Origin: the human T2T-CHM13v2.0 reference genome, Homo sapiens
Strand: one strand, 5' to 3'
Length of the DNA: 64,000 nt
Assembly: GCF_009914755.1 (NCBI RefSeq)
Contig: NC_060932.1
Part shown: one piece after another, positions 28,622 through 43,552 of the stretch
Numbering within the stretch: position 1 is the stretch's first letter
Layout: each line of letters opens with the position of its first letter
Notes under the pieces: model-generated
Told to the model about the DNA's origin: nothing
Databases searched by the model: none
Seen by the model: only the letters and a program-made list of their open reading frames with translations
Made by a program: the position numbers and the translations under genes

Positions 28622-29260
28622 GAACTTAACGTAAATACTGCTTGTAAAGTCCCTGGAACATAGCAGACATGTAGCCAATGTTAGCTACTTCAGAGCAGGA
28701 TCAGACAAGAAAATCTTCTAAAAATAATAGGCAGCCCTGGTAAGTTCTTCACAGCTAAGGATTTAAATATTATGTCTTTCTTATAAGCCAATTCAATTCA
28801 GTTCCACAAATATGTATTATATACCTACTGCTTGGTATTATGTCCTTGAAGCCAACGGCAATTCACAACTAACTACTGAGTTGTTGTGGATCCTTAAACT
28901 CATTACTTATATAAACAAAAAGGTACTGTTTTCTAATTCAAGATGTTTCTTTATATTCTTAAACTTCTGAAGATGTAATCTTAGCATGTCATTTGAGTGT
29001 CGCTGTCAGAAGCATTTGATGTTTACTCCTACAAAGTAAGACTAACAGAGTTTTCTGTAGTCAATGCACAAATAAGCTAATTTGCCTGGTGTTTGAATAT
29101 ACATCATATTGAAGTCAAGGCTGCAATTCTAAGCATGTAAGAAGAAGAAGAGAAGTTAAGTAAGAATTCATCTAGCCCTATGGTGGACACAGTCGTTGAT
29201 GCTTAAAAACAATGAGTTTTGATTGAGCTTACAGAATCCATTCAAAAGGTAAGCTAAACT

Positions 29261-29350
29261 AAAATTTCAGACTTCAACACTAAACAATTCACCCATGTGA
29301 CCAAAAACCACTTGTACTCCAAGAGCTATTGAAACAAAAATGTGTTTTCT
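29261..29350 (+). mobile_element. Extremely 5'-truncated L1PB 3' end
   Basis: cagacttcaacactaaacaattcacccatgtgaccaaaaaccacttgtac...gctattgaaa. Confidence 0.75.
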
Positions 29351-29562
29351 AAAAAAGTGAGCAAAACATATTACCTCCACTACCTGGGGCTGCGGTCATC
29401 TGATCCAAGTTACCATTACATGAATTATTGTGATAATTTTTCAGCTATTTCCCTTTCCTTCTTCCTTTGCCCTCCACCCTACCTATTCTCAACACATCAT
29501 TCAAAGTGACCCATTTAAATATATCTGATCACATCATTCCCCTGCTCAAAAACTCCCAATGG

Positions 29563-30028
29563 AGTCACAGAGGCATTGATGCCCTGGCCATATCCATTCT
29601 GCATTCAGCTGTGCAAGTCAATTAGGCTCTGCAACCCTCTGCCTCAGGGCCCTTTTCCTGGCTGGAGAAGCACACATAATCAAGTCCAGGGCAAACAGAA
29701 TGTGCCAGATAGTTAACACCTTTGGACATGGCCTTCAACCACCAATGGTCAGAGAGCCGGTGGATCAGTTTCCCAGGTCCTTCGGCCTGGGTGGTGATGA
29801 CATGCAAGCATTCTCTACACTGTCTCCCAGTGGTCCCTTGCAAGACAGAGTTGCAGTTGCTTACAATCGCAACCAGCTTGATATTACCCCTTTTACTGGG
29901 TTCTTTTTCTTTCCTGTCTTACCTCTCCACACCTATTCTGGTGCTTCCTGGAATCACTTTCCACATAAACTACTTGCATTCAAATTATTGTCTCAGGATA
30001 TTCCTCTGGGTGAACCTCCACCCAAAAA
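29563..30028 (+). mobile_element. LTR16-like ERVL LTR nested in L2
   Basis: cttcctggaatcactttccacataaactacttgca...tgtctcagg 3' end; 5-bp TSD aatgg (29558-29562, 30029-30033). Confidence 0.75.
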
Positions 30029-30253
30029 AATGGCTTCCCCTTCCAGGGCAAAGGCCAGAGTCTGTGCCGTGATCCATGAGGCCCTGCACACTCTGCCCTC
30101 CTATCGTTCTTCCTCACGTTCACTACACTCTAGCCATCTTGGTTTCCTGGATGTTCCTGGAACATTCTAAGCATGCCTTCAACTGAGCAGCTTTCCTCCC
30201 TGATTTCCTGTTCCTGAGATATTTGCTTATGTTTATATGTTATATGTTTATAG

Positions 30254-30638
<385 letters not shown>

Positions 30639-30849
30639 TGCTCTGTTTTAGTCACTGCATCATTTCTAGTAATTAAAATAGTGCTGGATACATAGTAGAT
30701 GTTCAACAGATACTTGTTAAATTATTGAATTAAGGATGACTTGAATGAAACCTGATTAGGTCCAGTAAAAATACTTGTGAAATACCTGCCAGGCCCCTAG
30801 CTGTTATTATTGGCGCCCCTGCAAGGAACCTTCTACTTCACCATGAATA

Positions 30850-31480
30850 ATCCAGTCTTTTCACTTTCCACATGATGAGGACCAGAGAAGGTAAGCATGT
30901 TGCCTAATATTACAGAGCTCCCCAGTGGCAGAGCTAGGAGCAAACTCTAGCTCCATCTGGGTTGTGGAGGGATGAGAACCAGTCTGTCTCGGTTTAATCT
31001 CAGGTGTACCACTTATAAGCTTTGTAACTTGTAAATAACCCAGGCAAATTTCTTAACCTTTCTGAGAACCAGTTTTCTCATCGGTAGAATCAGATGAAGC
31101 ACCCATTTCAACAAATTCAGATGATTACACAATATAATGAGTATAAAAGAGCTTGGCACATAGTACGTATTTATTAGGTGCTCATTGAATCTAAAGAAGT
31201 ACTAACTTAAAAACATTCAGAAGAGCAGGCACATGCTTACAATAATAACAGTAATACTTTATTGGGACTAACCAAGTCCAAAGCACTATGCTAAGACATT
31301 TTACATGCCTTATTTCATTCAATCCTTACAACACCCTCTGAGGTTGATTCTAATTTTATCTCTTTCTACAGTTAAAGAAACTGAAGCTCAGAGAGGTTTT
31401 CTAACTTGCCCAAGATCACTAAGACAAAGGCCATTGCTCTGACCCTGGACTCTGCGTTCATAATCACTGTGCTATACTGC
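30850..31480. mobile_element. MIR cluster (three relics)
   Basis: e.g. gaaactgaagctcagagaggttttctaacttgcccaagatcac. Confidence 0.7.
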
Positions 31481-31837
31481 TTAGAGACGTGGCTCTTAGG
31501 TCCTTAGAGATTTCTTCAATTTCAAAGACTTGTGAAATATAAAGGACATGGTCTGCTTCCCAGCAGGACCAGGGTAAAGGCATTTCCAAAGTCTGATAAT
31601 TGCTGTCTCTTTGAAATCTCTGTTGAAGGAAACTGGGCTGCATTCATCGTAGGTTGTAGGATCTCACAGTGCTAAAATCTAGAATCCAATTCACTATCAT
31701 TGAAGCCCACCTTCACCCTGGGTAGCAAGCTTCCCTTCGGAAAGTAAAGTCATTGCTTGCCTGGGTGTGTGTGTACCTCGGTATCTCTCACACACACACA
31801 CACACCAGCTCACCTTCATTTACTTACACTTCTAGCC

Positions 31838-32360
<523 letters not shown>

Positions 32361-32389
32361 GCTTTAGCCTGCAAAAAGCAATTTGTCCA

Positions 32390-33330
32390 ATCTCCCCACC
32401 ACTTTCTCCAAACTGAGCTTCAGTATAAATCACGGCTCCTCTTGCCCTTTAAATGTCAAGGATCCTGAGCTCAGAGAACAAGGACCTCAGCTGGAAATGC
32501 CGGTCTGAGGCTTTGGCCCTGGGAGTGTTGGGGCCCCAGTCTCTGCCAGGCATTTGCAGCCTACTCAAAAATCATAGCTTCTCGGAAAGCCACCTCCCTT
32601 TCACTTAGAAATACAATAAAATTCATGTATGGAAGAAAAAGATTTTTAAAAAAACAGACCTGGTAAGGCAGCAACAGTCTCCAAATAGAACGAGCTGGCT
32701 TTGGGGAGGGCCGGGGGTGCTGAAATGAAGGCACTCCTGGGGGCTTGTTGCCTCGCCAAAGTTAGGCTATAAACACTCCCTCCGCTCAGCGACCGCGATG
32801 GCCTCATTTGGTGCTGCTCACCCACTTCAGTCATATAAAGAGCGATAAAGAAAGACAAGGGCGGAATAACCTCTAAATAAAAGATGAGGTAATTTTGAAG
32901 GCGCATTAGGATTTTATGTGTATTATGGCTTGTGGTTTTCTATTCAAACCCAGGGAGGGCTTGCGCTGAGGCTGGCCCTGCAAATGGTCCAGGGCTGCGC
33001 TCCGCAGCTTGGATGGTTTGGGGAAGGCAGGAAAGAGAAGGGGAGAGAGAGAGAGAGACAGAGACAGAGAAAGCCATTTTTCATCCCTTTGGCCTGGGTT
33101 TTATTGCACCAGACGTTACCACCAAAAGAATAAAAATGAAGCATCCCGGGTCAGCCCTTCCTCTCAGGTTTATGTTTTCCTGAAGGGGAAGTTTGGACAG
33201 AAACCTCAATAGGACAATAAAGACCAGTCCTGAAATGAAAGGCTCACTGCTGGTGGCCCGGTGCAGCCTCAAAGCTCCTCTGAAAATGCAGCGGGGTGAT
33301 GCTTTGCAATTCAGACGGGGTAGCCTTTGC
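32390..33330. promoter_or_regulatory. Candidate enhancer/regulatory element (repeat-free, CpG-retaining)
   Basis: About 13 CpGs in 32690-33005 outside any repeat; several CDX/posterior-HOX-type TTTAT(T/G) motifs. Confidence 0.45.
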
Positions 33331-33679
33331 AGCACCAACATGTCTAAATGCCACAGGACCCTGGAAGAGGACAAAAGCCCCCTTTCCAAGGGTCCAAGAG
33401 GACTCAGGGTGGGGAAGGGAGAAAGGGGAAGGCTGGCCCACTGCAAGTTCTTTTCACAAAGTGTTTTTAGGCAGCTCAAGACAGTAAGGAGGTCTGGTTG
33501 TCCTGGAGGGCAAAGCCCTGAAACTAATCACCAAGTCTCCTTGCTGCCTCTATTTCTCATGTACAAAATCAAGATTGTGGCATGGACATCATCAAGGCCA
33601 CCCTCATTCCCTGAGCAGTCACTAAATGTCCCCCCTACACTAAGGCTTTACTTGCATATCTCCAGCACCCTGTAGAATG

Positions 33680-35290
33680 AGCTTTATCCCCACTTCACAG
33701 ACGTGGAAATCAAGGCATACAGAGCTGTAATACCTCACCTGAGAAAAAGCAAAGGAACCAGGATTCAAATCCAGGTCTCTTTGGCTTCAGAACTCACGCT
33801 ATACCTGGCAGATGTTTGATGATACTGACTATGTTAACAATATTAGGAATAATTCATATTCATGGAGCACTTTCCATGTGCCAAACACTGTTCTAAGTTC
33901 TGTATTATCTCATTTAATCCTCACAGCAGCCGAGAATGTTTTAACCCAGTTGACAGATGAGAAAACTGAGGTCCAGAAAGGCAAAGTAAATAGCCAAGTT
34001 CACACAAGCAGGCAATGGATCATTTCTGCCACAAACCACACAGAGATGCCTGCAGGAACCACATTCTGTTCTGAAGATTCCACATTCTTTACTCCATCAA
34101 TGTGTTTACATCACCTACTATGTGCAGAGCACCTAACCAGGTGCTTGAGGGGGACAGAAGCCTGCAAAGATGACAGCAATCTGGTGCTTGCCTTCAGAGA
34201 GCCTAGAGTCTAGTGAGAAAGGCAGATACATGCACAGGAGAGTTTATGCCACAGTCTTCTCTAAATCTGGGGTCTTCTTACAGGAGGCCTCTGTAAGCCT
34301 GTCTCCTAGGAAGTTTTAGTGGGGTTGTTCCCGTAGGCACATATAGACTCAAGCAAGCTTCCCAGTGTCAACCAGCCTAATTCCCTGAGTCAGCAGCAGC
34401 AAAATATAGATACATCCAAAATTCTTTGAAGGACCAGGTAGCCCAGTGTGTTTCAAATCCAGGAAAGGGCGTCGCAGGTCTCTATCTCAAACCCTGAAAT
34501 ATAACAATTGGCTTGCTTCAAAATTGTTTGGCCATCTGTGGGTACCCCCATCCCAGCCTGAATCACCCCACCCTAACAGAAAGGGACACGGCAAAAACAG
34601 AACCAGAAAGATATAAGAATTGGATATTCAGAATTGGAAAGACCTGGGATGTCTCCTAGGCAGGACTTCCCCTCCCTAGCTGAATGATCTTGGGCAAGTA
34701 GTTTAACCTCTCTGTTACAGACGTTTTCTCATCTGTAAAACACGGATAATGTATACTCCGTTTTAGTACTGTTGTGGGGAATAAATGGATTAATACGTGG
34801 AAAGCTCTTAGAATAGCGCCTCATGTCTGATAAGCCCTTCGTAAACATTGCCAATTGCAATTTAACTAACAAATATGTATTGAAAACCAGCTAGAACTAG
34901 GATGATTGACATAGATAGGGTCCATACAAAGCACTGTGCCTGATGCATTCCAGGGGTTCAGTAGCTTTGGAATGAGGAATCCCAGCATCTCAGCATGGGG
35001 AGGCTTCCAGCATAAAGAGGTCAGTGCTTTCTCAGTGGGGCTTAGTGGTGCACAGGCCCCAGATCCAGGTAGCCTAGGGTTAAATCCCAATTCTTTATTT
35101 GATAGCTATAAAACCTTAGATGAGCTAATTATCCACTCAAAGTTTCAGTGTCTTCGTCTGTCAGAGGGAAGGTGGATAACGATAGTACCTACTTCCTAGG
35201 GTTTGTTGCAAGAGCTAATCCCTGACAAGCACATAGTTCAGAGGACATAGCAAATGCTCCAAAAATGGAAGCTATTATTATTGTTATAAA
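33680..35290. mobile_element. MIR and L2 relic cluster
   Basis: MIR cores at ~33840-34010 (minus), ~34660-34860 (plus) and ~35030-35280 (plus); L2 tails between them. Confidence 0.65.
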
Positions 35291-35756
35291 ATAATAATAA
35301 TTATAGTGTTATATTACCCAACTTTTCTGACCCAGTTAAATGGTGTCTCTTGCAGAGATTCTCCCAAGTTCTCTCCTGCTAAAAGTACTTACCCCTTATG
35401 TTTATCTTCATCTGTCTCTTGGAAAATATATTAATTTTATTTTATTTAAATTATGTTTCTCCCATTGGACTATAGGTTTCTTCAGGTTAGAGATTTTGCC
35501 TATTTGTTATAGTATGATCTGACCAACATTTGGCAAGTCTTAGATACCCAATAAGGTTTGTTGAATAAATGAATGAATGAGGTGATAAGGATATGACTAG
35601 AAGGAGAGGTAAGTGTAAGGCAGGTGGATACTGGGAAAAGGCAAGAGTGAAAGTGTGCAAGGGCATAGAACATGTTGGGGAATGATATGAGTGCAGGTTT
35701 TTATTTGTTTATTTTGCTTTTAGCTAACACTTTATGCCAGAAACTGCTCTGAAGAC

Positions 35757-36050
<294 letters not shown>

Positions 36051-36837
36051 TAGAGTTTACATATATTAAATCATTTACTTGTCATAAGAACCCACTGTGG
36101 TGGCTACTATTATCATCCTCATTTTCAAGAAGATGAAACTGAAAAAGGAAAGATAAATAATTTGCTGTCAGCCACATGGCCAACAGGAGGTGGAGATGGG
36201 ACTTGAACACCAGCAATTAGGCTGCAGGGGCCATTCAGGTTGAATGACATAGCAGATATAGCCCATAAATGGTCTGCTTGACACCCACCAACTGCCAGAC
36301 CATCACTGCAGCCCCAGCTTCTCTCCTCTGGCTCAGGGGTGGGCCCAGCCCTTCTCATTTCCCCCCACCCCACCATGGCCAAAGACAAGAGTCCTCTTCA
36401 AAGTCCTCCCTGATAGAAGCTCCATCCAGGTCGCTCCACAGGTACAGTCCTGCAGCAAATGTAATAGCCAATACCTATCCCGGAGTGAAAAAAATTGGGC
36501 AATACCATATTTGGGGGTGCCTGATGAGAGAGTATGATGGGAATACCACTTCGTGCCAGCTTGGCTGAGCTCTACATACCTGGCCATGAGCTTCCCCTGG
36601 CACTTTCACTGGAACATCTGGAATCCTGGAAATGGGGCCACATTTTAGTCCAGGCAGGAAATTCTACTCCTTGTTCCATTGCTCTGCTCAGCTGGGTGTC
36701 AGGCCAAGACCTACTGCTGGATAAGGCAGATGGCAGAAAGGCTGGGCAGGCACAAAGCCACCACTCCTACCTGAGGGACTCAAGAATGATATCGAGACAC
36801 AGGCAGCATTATTCTTTCTCCTTAGGCAGGCTGCTCA

Positions 36838-37379
<542 letters not shown>

Positions 37380-38153
37380 TAAGCACCTTCTATCTGCCAG
37401 ACTCAGACCTGTAAGCTCCCCTCTATCCCTGCCTGCACTCCATTTTTCTCTCAGGAAATTTATTTCTCCTAGGTTCTCATCAGAGGCAGCCCCTGGCCTT
37501 GGGCCTTAAGTCAATGAGTCAGCAAGCAAATATTTATTGAAGACTTCCACAAACCAGGGCCCCTGCTAGGTACTAGGGACAACCCAGCTTCTTGTCCAAC
37601 AAGCATTAAACTGGTGCTCACAAATAATTAATTACTAATGTGATGAGTGTTACACAACCCAAGAAACAAAGGGAGAGGACAAAAAGAAAGGCATGTGAGG
37701 AGTAGGGGGCCCCACAGGGACTCATTAGCTGAGCACTGCTATTTTACAGAAGGGACCGGTTTGCCTCGCTCTTCGAAAGGCCCTGCCTGGTGTCTGTGAA
37801 TACCTCCCATAACCCCATGTGTTGCAGAGGACAGAGCAGACATGATCTCTACCCTCTAGGAACATCTCCTTTGATGGCTCATTAACATGAGAAGATGGAG
37901 AGTGAAACCTACAAGAGGCTCTGTGCCTGCTCACTTATCCGGGAGAGTTACTCAGAGTTCACTGATTTCATCTCTGGAGGAAGAATCCTTCTTTCTTTGG
38001 AGGAGAAATCCTGGATTATGCATCCCTGGCAGCCCAGAACCTCGAATAGAGGGGACCGGTAAATAATTGTCCAATAATTGGATGAGTAAACAATTCAGAA
38101 AAAAGTGAGGACCAAAGGAAGAATTCAATTAGTGAGAAGGATGACTCGTAGGT

Positions 38154-38283
38154 AGGGTGACCATATGACCCAATTGGTCAGGGTTAGTCTCCATGTAAGC
38201 CTGTCATCCTAAAGTAATTATGATTCCCACACCCTTTTACTCTTGGAAGTGTCCCAAGTTGTATGGTCTATGATGCTCACCCT
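38154..38283 (-). mobile_element. MER94 (hAT-Blackjack)
   Basis: Terminal inverted repeats agggtgaccat...atgctcaccct. Confidence 0.7.
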
Positions 38284-39289
38284 ACTTAGAGCACATTTTG
38301 TAAAGAAATGCAGCTTTGCTGTTCTTCAGATCATAAGTGGGGCTAGCAGCCAATGCCATTTGCTCCAGGTGGGCTAGCAGCTCATGTGGCGGGTCCATTG
38401 TGTGCCCCTGAATCTATCTAATCTTCAGCTGTGAACACTCAGAAACACTAATGCAGATGGAGATTCAGGGAAAACAACTACAAAAGCCAAAATCAAAATG
38501 CACGGATCCAAAACCAAGGTCCTCCAATGTCTTACTGACAAAGGGCATTGTAATTCCTAAAAATCAAATCATTCACTTAATTTATTTTTCCTCAGCTTCA
38601 ATCTCATTGTCTTGAAAATGCGGGAAATCATACCTGTTCTACTTCCTTGCCAAGCTGCTGTCATAGCCAATGGGCTCATGCGTGTACCTCCTAAACTGTT
38701 AAGTCCTAAACCAATACAAGGTGCTATTATAAGCTAGTTCGATATCATTATTAAGTCTTATGTATTCAACTACACCAGCATTCACAGATCCATCTGACTC
38801 CTCACCATGCCCCTCCTCCACTGCACTCCCAAGACAGACATGAGAACAAGACCACGCTCCTTCCTTCCTCCTCGGTCAGCATCAGAACCTTTGCCTCCTC
38901 TGTTCCCCTGTGGCTTCCTTCAGGGCAGGAACCTTCTCCTGGTCCCTCCTTTACCACGGGGCAGAGCCTACTGCTTGACACCATGTAGATAGATATTCAA
39001 TCATTCTTGCTAACAAGTGAATAAAAGAAAGCTCAGCTCTGGTGCCACCTCCAGAAAGCCTGCTTCAACTTCCCTGGGCAGAGCCATTAGCCAAGGCCTC
39101 TGAACAATTCCAGCTCCTTCTCTATGTTTCTTATCAAACTGGACTCCAGGGTCAGTACCAATTTATATCATCTGACTCCTACTCTTCTGGGGCTAATTTC
39201 TCATGTTGTGTCTCGCTTTTCTAGTGCCCGACATTCTTTTTAAACAAGGAACTTGGAAATGGTTGCTGAATGACACTTTTTATCTCTTT

Positions 39290-39660
39290 AGTTTGGGGTT
39301 TTCTGTACATGCTGTCCCCTCTGTTTGGTGTCCTTTTCCCTCTCTTCTTCACCCACTTACCTTGTATCATCCTTCAGATCCCAGCTAAAGCACCCCTCCC
39401 CGCTAGGAGCCCTTGCTGACCTCCCTGACTTAGAAGAGCGCCTTCTCTTAGCTAGCTCAGAGCATCGTGAACCTCTGTTTTCTAGGGCTCACCTTGGCAG
39501 GAATAGTACATAACTGTATTTTTTTAAATGTCTGACTCCTTAACTGGACTGTAAGCCAAGGTGGAACCAGAGAATAGAGCTCTGGCCTCCTTGTGCTTTG
39601 TTGTATTCCCACAACCTAGCACAGTGCTGGAGGATAATACATACTGGTCAAATGAATCAA
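39290..39660 (+). mobile_element. L2 3' fragment
   Basis: tcatccttcagatcccagct...ctggactgtaagc...acctagcacagtgc. Confidence 0.6.
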
Positions 39661-41929
39661 GGTGATAGAAGGGCACTCAAGAGGAAATGTCAGGAGTCCT
39701 TTGGAAGATGAAGGTGGGCATTCTTCTGGCTCCCCTAAAATCATCATCATCACCCCCTCTATCAAATGATGATATGGGTCTGGCCCTGAAATAAGTGCTT
39801 TTGTATAAATTTACTCCTTTAATCCTCACAACAACTCTGAAAGAGGGGTCCCGTGTTACAGACGAGAAATATAAAGCATGGATTTTTAGGCCTGAATATA
39901 CCTGTGAATCATTCAACTGAACAATTTTCTCAACCTTGTAACCTGTAAGTTCTAAAAAATTGGGAAGGGAGGTATACATTTGAGAATGCATTGGGGGGAC
40001 TTTAAAATAACTAAGAAATATCTGAAATAACATCTTTTTTTTGTCCTAATTTCTGTTTTTTATATGTATGAGGGTATAGGAGGGGGGATGGCAAAAAAGA
40101 TCTGATTTGTTTTTTCTGCTTTCTTCTAAAGACATGTTTTGGCAATTCTGGAATGAAGGTGGGAATGGACACCCATCTAGACATTGCCCTGGGAAAATCA
40201 CCGCTCTTTGTGCCTAAATGTCTTCATCTACAAAAGGTGGATAAATAATATTTATCTCATGAGGTGTTTGGAGATTTAATTAACACTTGCAAAGCACTTT
40301 GAATAGGAGATGAAAGGCCCTGTTAAAGGAACTATTAGTGTCAGCACCTAGCGCTCTTTGGCCACTGAGGAAATTTAATCAGGATGGGGAAGTCGGTGCA
40401 GGCCCCTCCTAGGCCATGCTCTCCTCCACCAGAAGCCATATTGGCCTTTCATTATCCTCTAAGCCTGGAATTCTCTCCACCAAGCCGCTGGTTATGTCAT
40501 TTCCCTGCCTACAATTCCCTCTCTTCAATTTTCTCCCTCCTCTTTTCCACGTATTAAATCCTCCAGGACCGCTTCAAGCCCCATCTGCTCTGCAAAGTCT
40601 TCCCTAACCATTCATTGACTGATTCATTCATTTACTTATTCATTTGACAAGGCTTTGGTGAAAGCCTCCTCTGTCCCAGGCTCCACGAAGAGCCCTGAGG
40701 TTGCTGTAAATTGCATATTCTTGACCTCGTGTGCCGGAAGGGGAGACTGGAGCTCAGACAGGCTACAACGCGTCCAAGGTCACACACCTAGTTAGTGAGT
40801 GAATCTGGATTGAAACTTACATTTCCCAGGCTCCAAAGCCTATGGCATTTCCTCTCCTTTGTGCCGCTTCCCGCCACAGATCAAGGTACATGATACAACA
40901 GAGAAAAAGACTCACCTGACTAATAACTCACAAGCTCAGTACAAACTATGTCACTAAATCTGACATATGGGTTGTCCTTGAAATTCCTTTCATAACTAGG
41001 TCCCTCTCAGTGGCATCACCAAGGGCTTACTTGGGGGTAGGAGGAGAAGAAGGGAAAGCACCTCATTCTAAGAGAAAAAAAAAACAAAACAAAACAATAA
41101 GCTGTGCCTGCTCTATAGGCACTGCTTTACATGCCCCACAGCCTGACCCTCCTCCGATCAGATTGTCATTGCTCTGTTCCTCTCCAATAAGAACTCAGAA
41201 ACCCCAGTGCTTTCTTTTCTTCAGTGCCAGGGAGAAAAATTACAGCAGAGTAGATAAGAACATAGACTTTTAACAGTCCCAGAAGAGATGCCTGCCCTGC
41301 CTCTTATTGGCTGCAAGACCCTGGACAAATCAGTAAGCTTCCCTGGGACTCTGTTTTCTCATCTGCAAATGAGAACAATGATAACGCCAATCTTCCAGGG
41401 CTGTTGGGAGGATTAAATAAGCTTCTGTATGCACAGCCCCATGCTTGCACACAGGAAGGCTTCCATAAACTCACTGTCCTCTTTCTAAGATATGGACACT
41501 CCCACAGCCACATACCAGTGTCTTGAAAAGTCACTAGGTGGCCAACCCTGGATGCTATCAGTAGGTATCGTGGCTTCAGAAATGCACAAAGTGCTCACTG
41601 TCCACCAGATTAACTACCTTACATTCTGTAATTTTGCTTCGACACCTTTACCATAATGGTGTTGGGCTACAAGAGGGCTTTGCTGAGGAGCTATGGAAGT
41701 CTGCATGTGAATAAACACCAACTTTCTTTCCCCTCCTGGGAGATCAGTGGAGCTCAGGTGTTACATGCCACCACTTAGAAAACTATTGAGACAATTAGTC
41801 ATTGCACCAGTCACACAGGACTCAAGCTAACCAGAAGGCAGAGGACAAAGTTTTGCGGTCAGCACAGGAGAGAAGCTGAAGTCTCCACCAGCCAACTCAT
41901 GGAGCTCCTGAACAGAAGGCTGGAAAGAG

Positions 41930-42213
41930 AGAAATTTGACAACAAGTTTGGGCTGGCTGCCTTTTGAAAATTAGGAGACTTTATACTAAAATACAATTTC
42001 TAGATATCTTGATAAATTGGAAGATCTGGCCAGATTTGGGCTTACATTCTGGCATGCCAGCTGACAACTGGAGCTGAGAAATGGTGGGCCTTTCTTGGGA
42101 ATTGGGCTCTCCGCTTCTCTCTGGCCTCACCCCTGACTCCCAGTGCACCACTCAGCTTCCCTGGCTTGCATTACTTGCCTAGCCCTTGTGGGCATTTGAG
42201 TTTTCTATGCCTA
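41930..42213. mobile_element. MER102-like (hAT-Charlie)
   Basis: aattggaagatctggcc...ggagctgag...cccttgtgggcatttgagttt. Confidence 0.65.
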
Positions 42214-42564
42214 ACTGAGCAGTCTCAGAATATGCAACTTACAGCAACCCCAGTACTCTGCATGGAGCCCAGGACATAGGAGGCTCTCATCAAAGCTTTG
42301 TCGAATGAATGAGTAAGTAAATGAATGACTCAGGCAGTGAATGGTTAGGGAAGACTTTGCAGAGAAGATGGGGCCTGAAGTGGTCCTTTATACATATTGT
42401 TCCTCCTGCCCGGAAAGCCTTAGCACCCCAACACTCTCTGCCTCACTAACTCCTACTCAGAACTCCTCCTCATTCTACAAGACATAGCTCAGCTAACACC
42501 TCCTCCAGGAAGCCTCTCCTGATTACTATCTCCATCCTCCCCAGACTGGGCTCCTGTTTACAGA

Positions 42565-43072
42565 GTTTCCATTATCTACTGCTGCATAACAAATGAACTT
42601 AAAATGTAAGTGACTTGAAACAACCATAAACATTAATTATTTCACAGTTTCTGTGGATCAAGAATATGGGAGCAGCTCGCCTGGACAGTCCTGGCTTGAG
42701 GCCTCCCATGAGATGGCAGTCAGCTTCAGGCATGGCTGAGACAAGAGGATCTACTTCCAGGATGCACTCACATGCTAAGTAAATTGGTACTGGCCATGGA
42801 TTGGAGGTATCAGTTCCTCACCACATGGAACTTTCTACAGGGTTGCTTGAGTGTCCTCATAACATGGTGCCTGACTTCTCCTAGAGGAAGAGATCCAAGA
42901 AAAAGAGTCAGAAGTTGCAAAGTCCTATATGACCCACCTTGTAAGTCACACGCCTTCATTTCTGCAATACCCTATTTGCTACACAGTTTACAAGGTGGGA
43001 GGTGACTGACTGCATAAGGAGACACACAAGGTGGCAAGGACCGTTGGGTGCAGTCTTGGGATTGGCTACCAC
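42565..43072 (-). mobile_element. MLT1F/G/H-like MaLR LTR within L2
   Basis: tgctgcataacaaat...gtgacttgaaacaacc...ggctaccaca. Confidence 0.75.
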
Positions 43073-43238
43073 ACTGAATGTTGGTGGCCTCTCTCCTCCG
43101 TCACAGCACTTTTCATGTGGACTGTAGATGTTGCCCTATATTTCTCTCTTAGTAAAACTGTGACTTACTAAGAGATTGTTTCTTTAATCCTGATATTCCC
43201 AACACTGACAAATAGTAGCTGCTCAATAAAAGTGTACA

Positions 43239-43552
43239 GACTGGGTGCAGTGGTTCATGCCTGTAATCCCAGCACTTTGGGAGGCTGAGGCAGGCAGCTC
43301 ACTTGAGGTCCGGAGTTCGAGGCCAGCCTGGCCAACATGGTGAAACCGTGTCTCTACTAAAAATACAAAAAATTATCCAGGTGTGGTGTCACATGCCTGT
43401 GATCTCAGCTACCCGAGAGGGTGAGGAAGGAGGATCACCTGAACCTGGGAGGCAGAGGTTGCAGTGAGCCAAGAGTGCAGTGAGCACCACTGCACTCCAG
43501 CTTGGGGGACAGAGCAAGACTCTGTCTCAAAAAAAAAAAAAAAAAAAAAAAA
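43239..43552 (+). mobile_element. AluS
   Basis: Dimeric Alu, long poly(A); TSD aaaagtgtac/aaaagcatac. Confidence 0.92.

Noticed and set aside
30811-30826. CTCF-like ggcgcccctgcaagg
   Set aside because: One base short in the G-run, so the core positions misalign. Candidates at 41531-41544 and 47595-47608 also miss key positions.
32690-33005. CpG island or gene promoter
   Set aside because: Too short and too CpG-sparse for an island; kept only as a candidate enhancer.
33193-33675. 160-aa ORF next to the candidate regulatory block
   Set aside because: Non-ATG start, no homology I recognise, and overlapping open frames on both strands.
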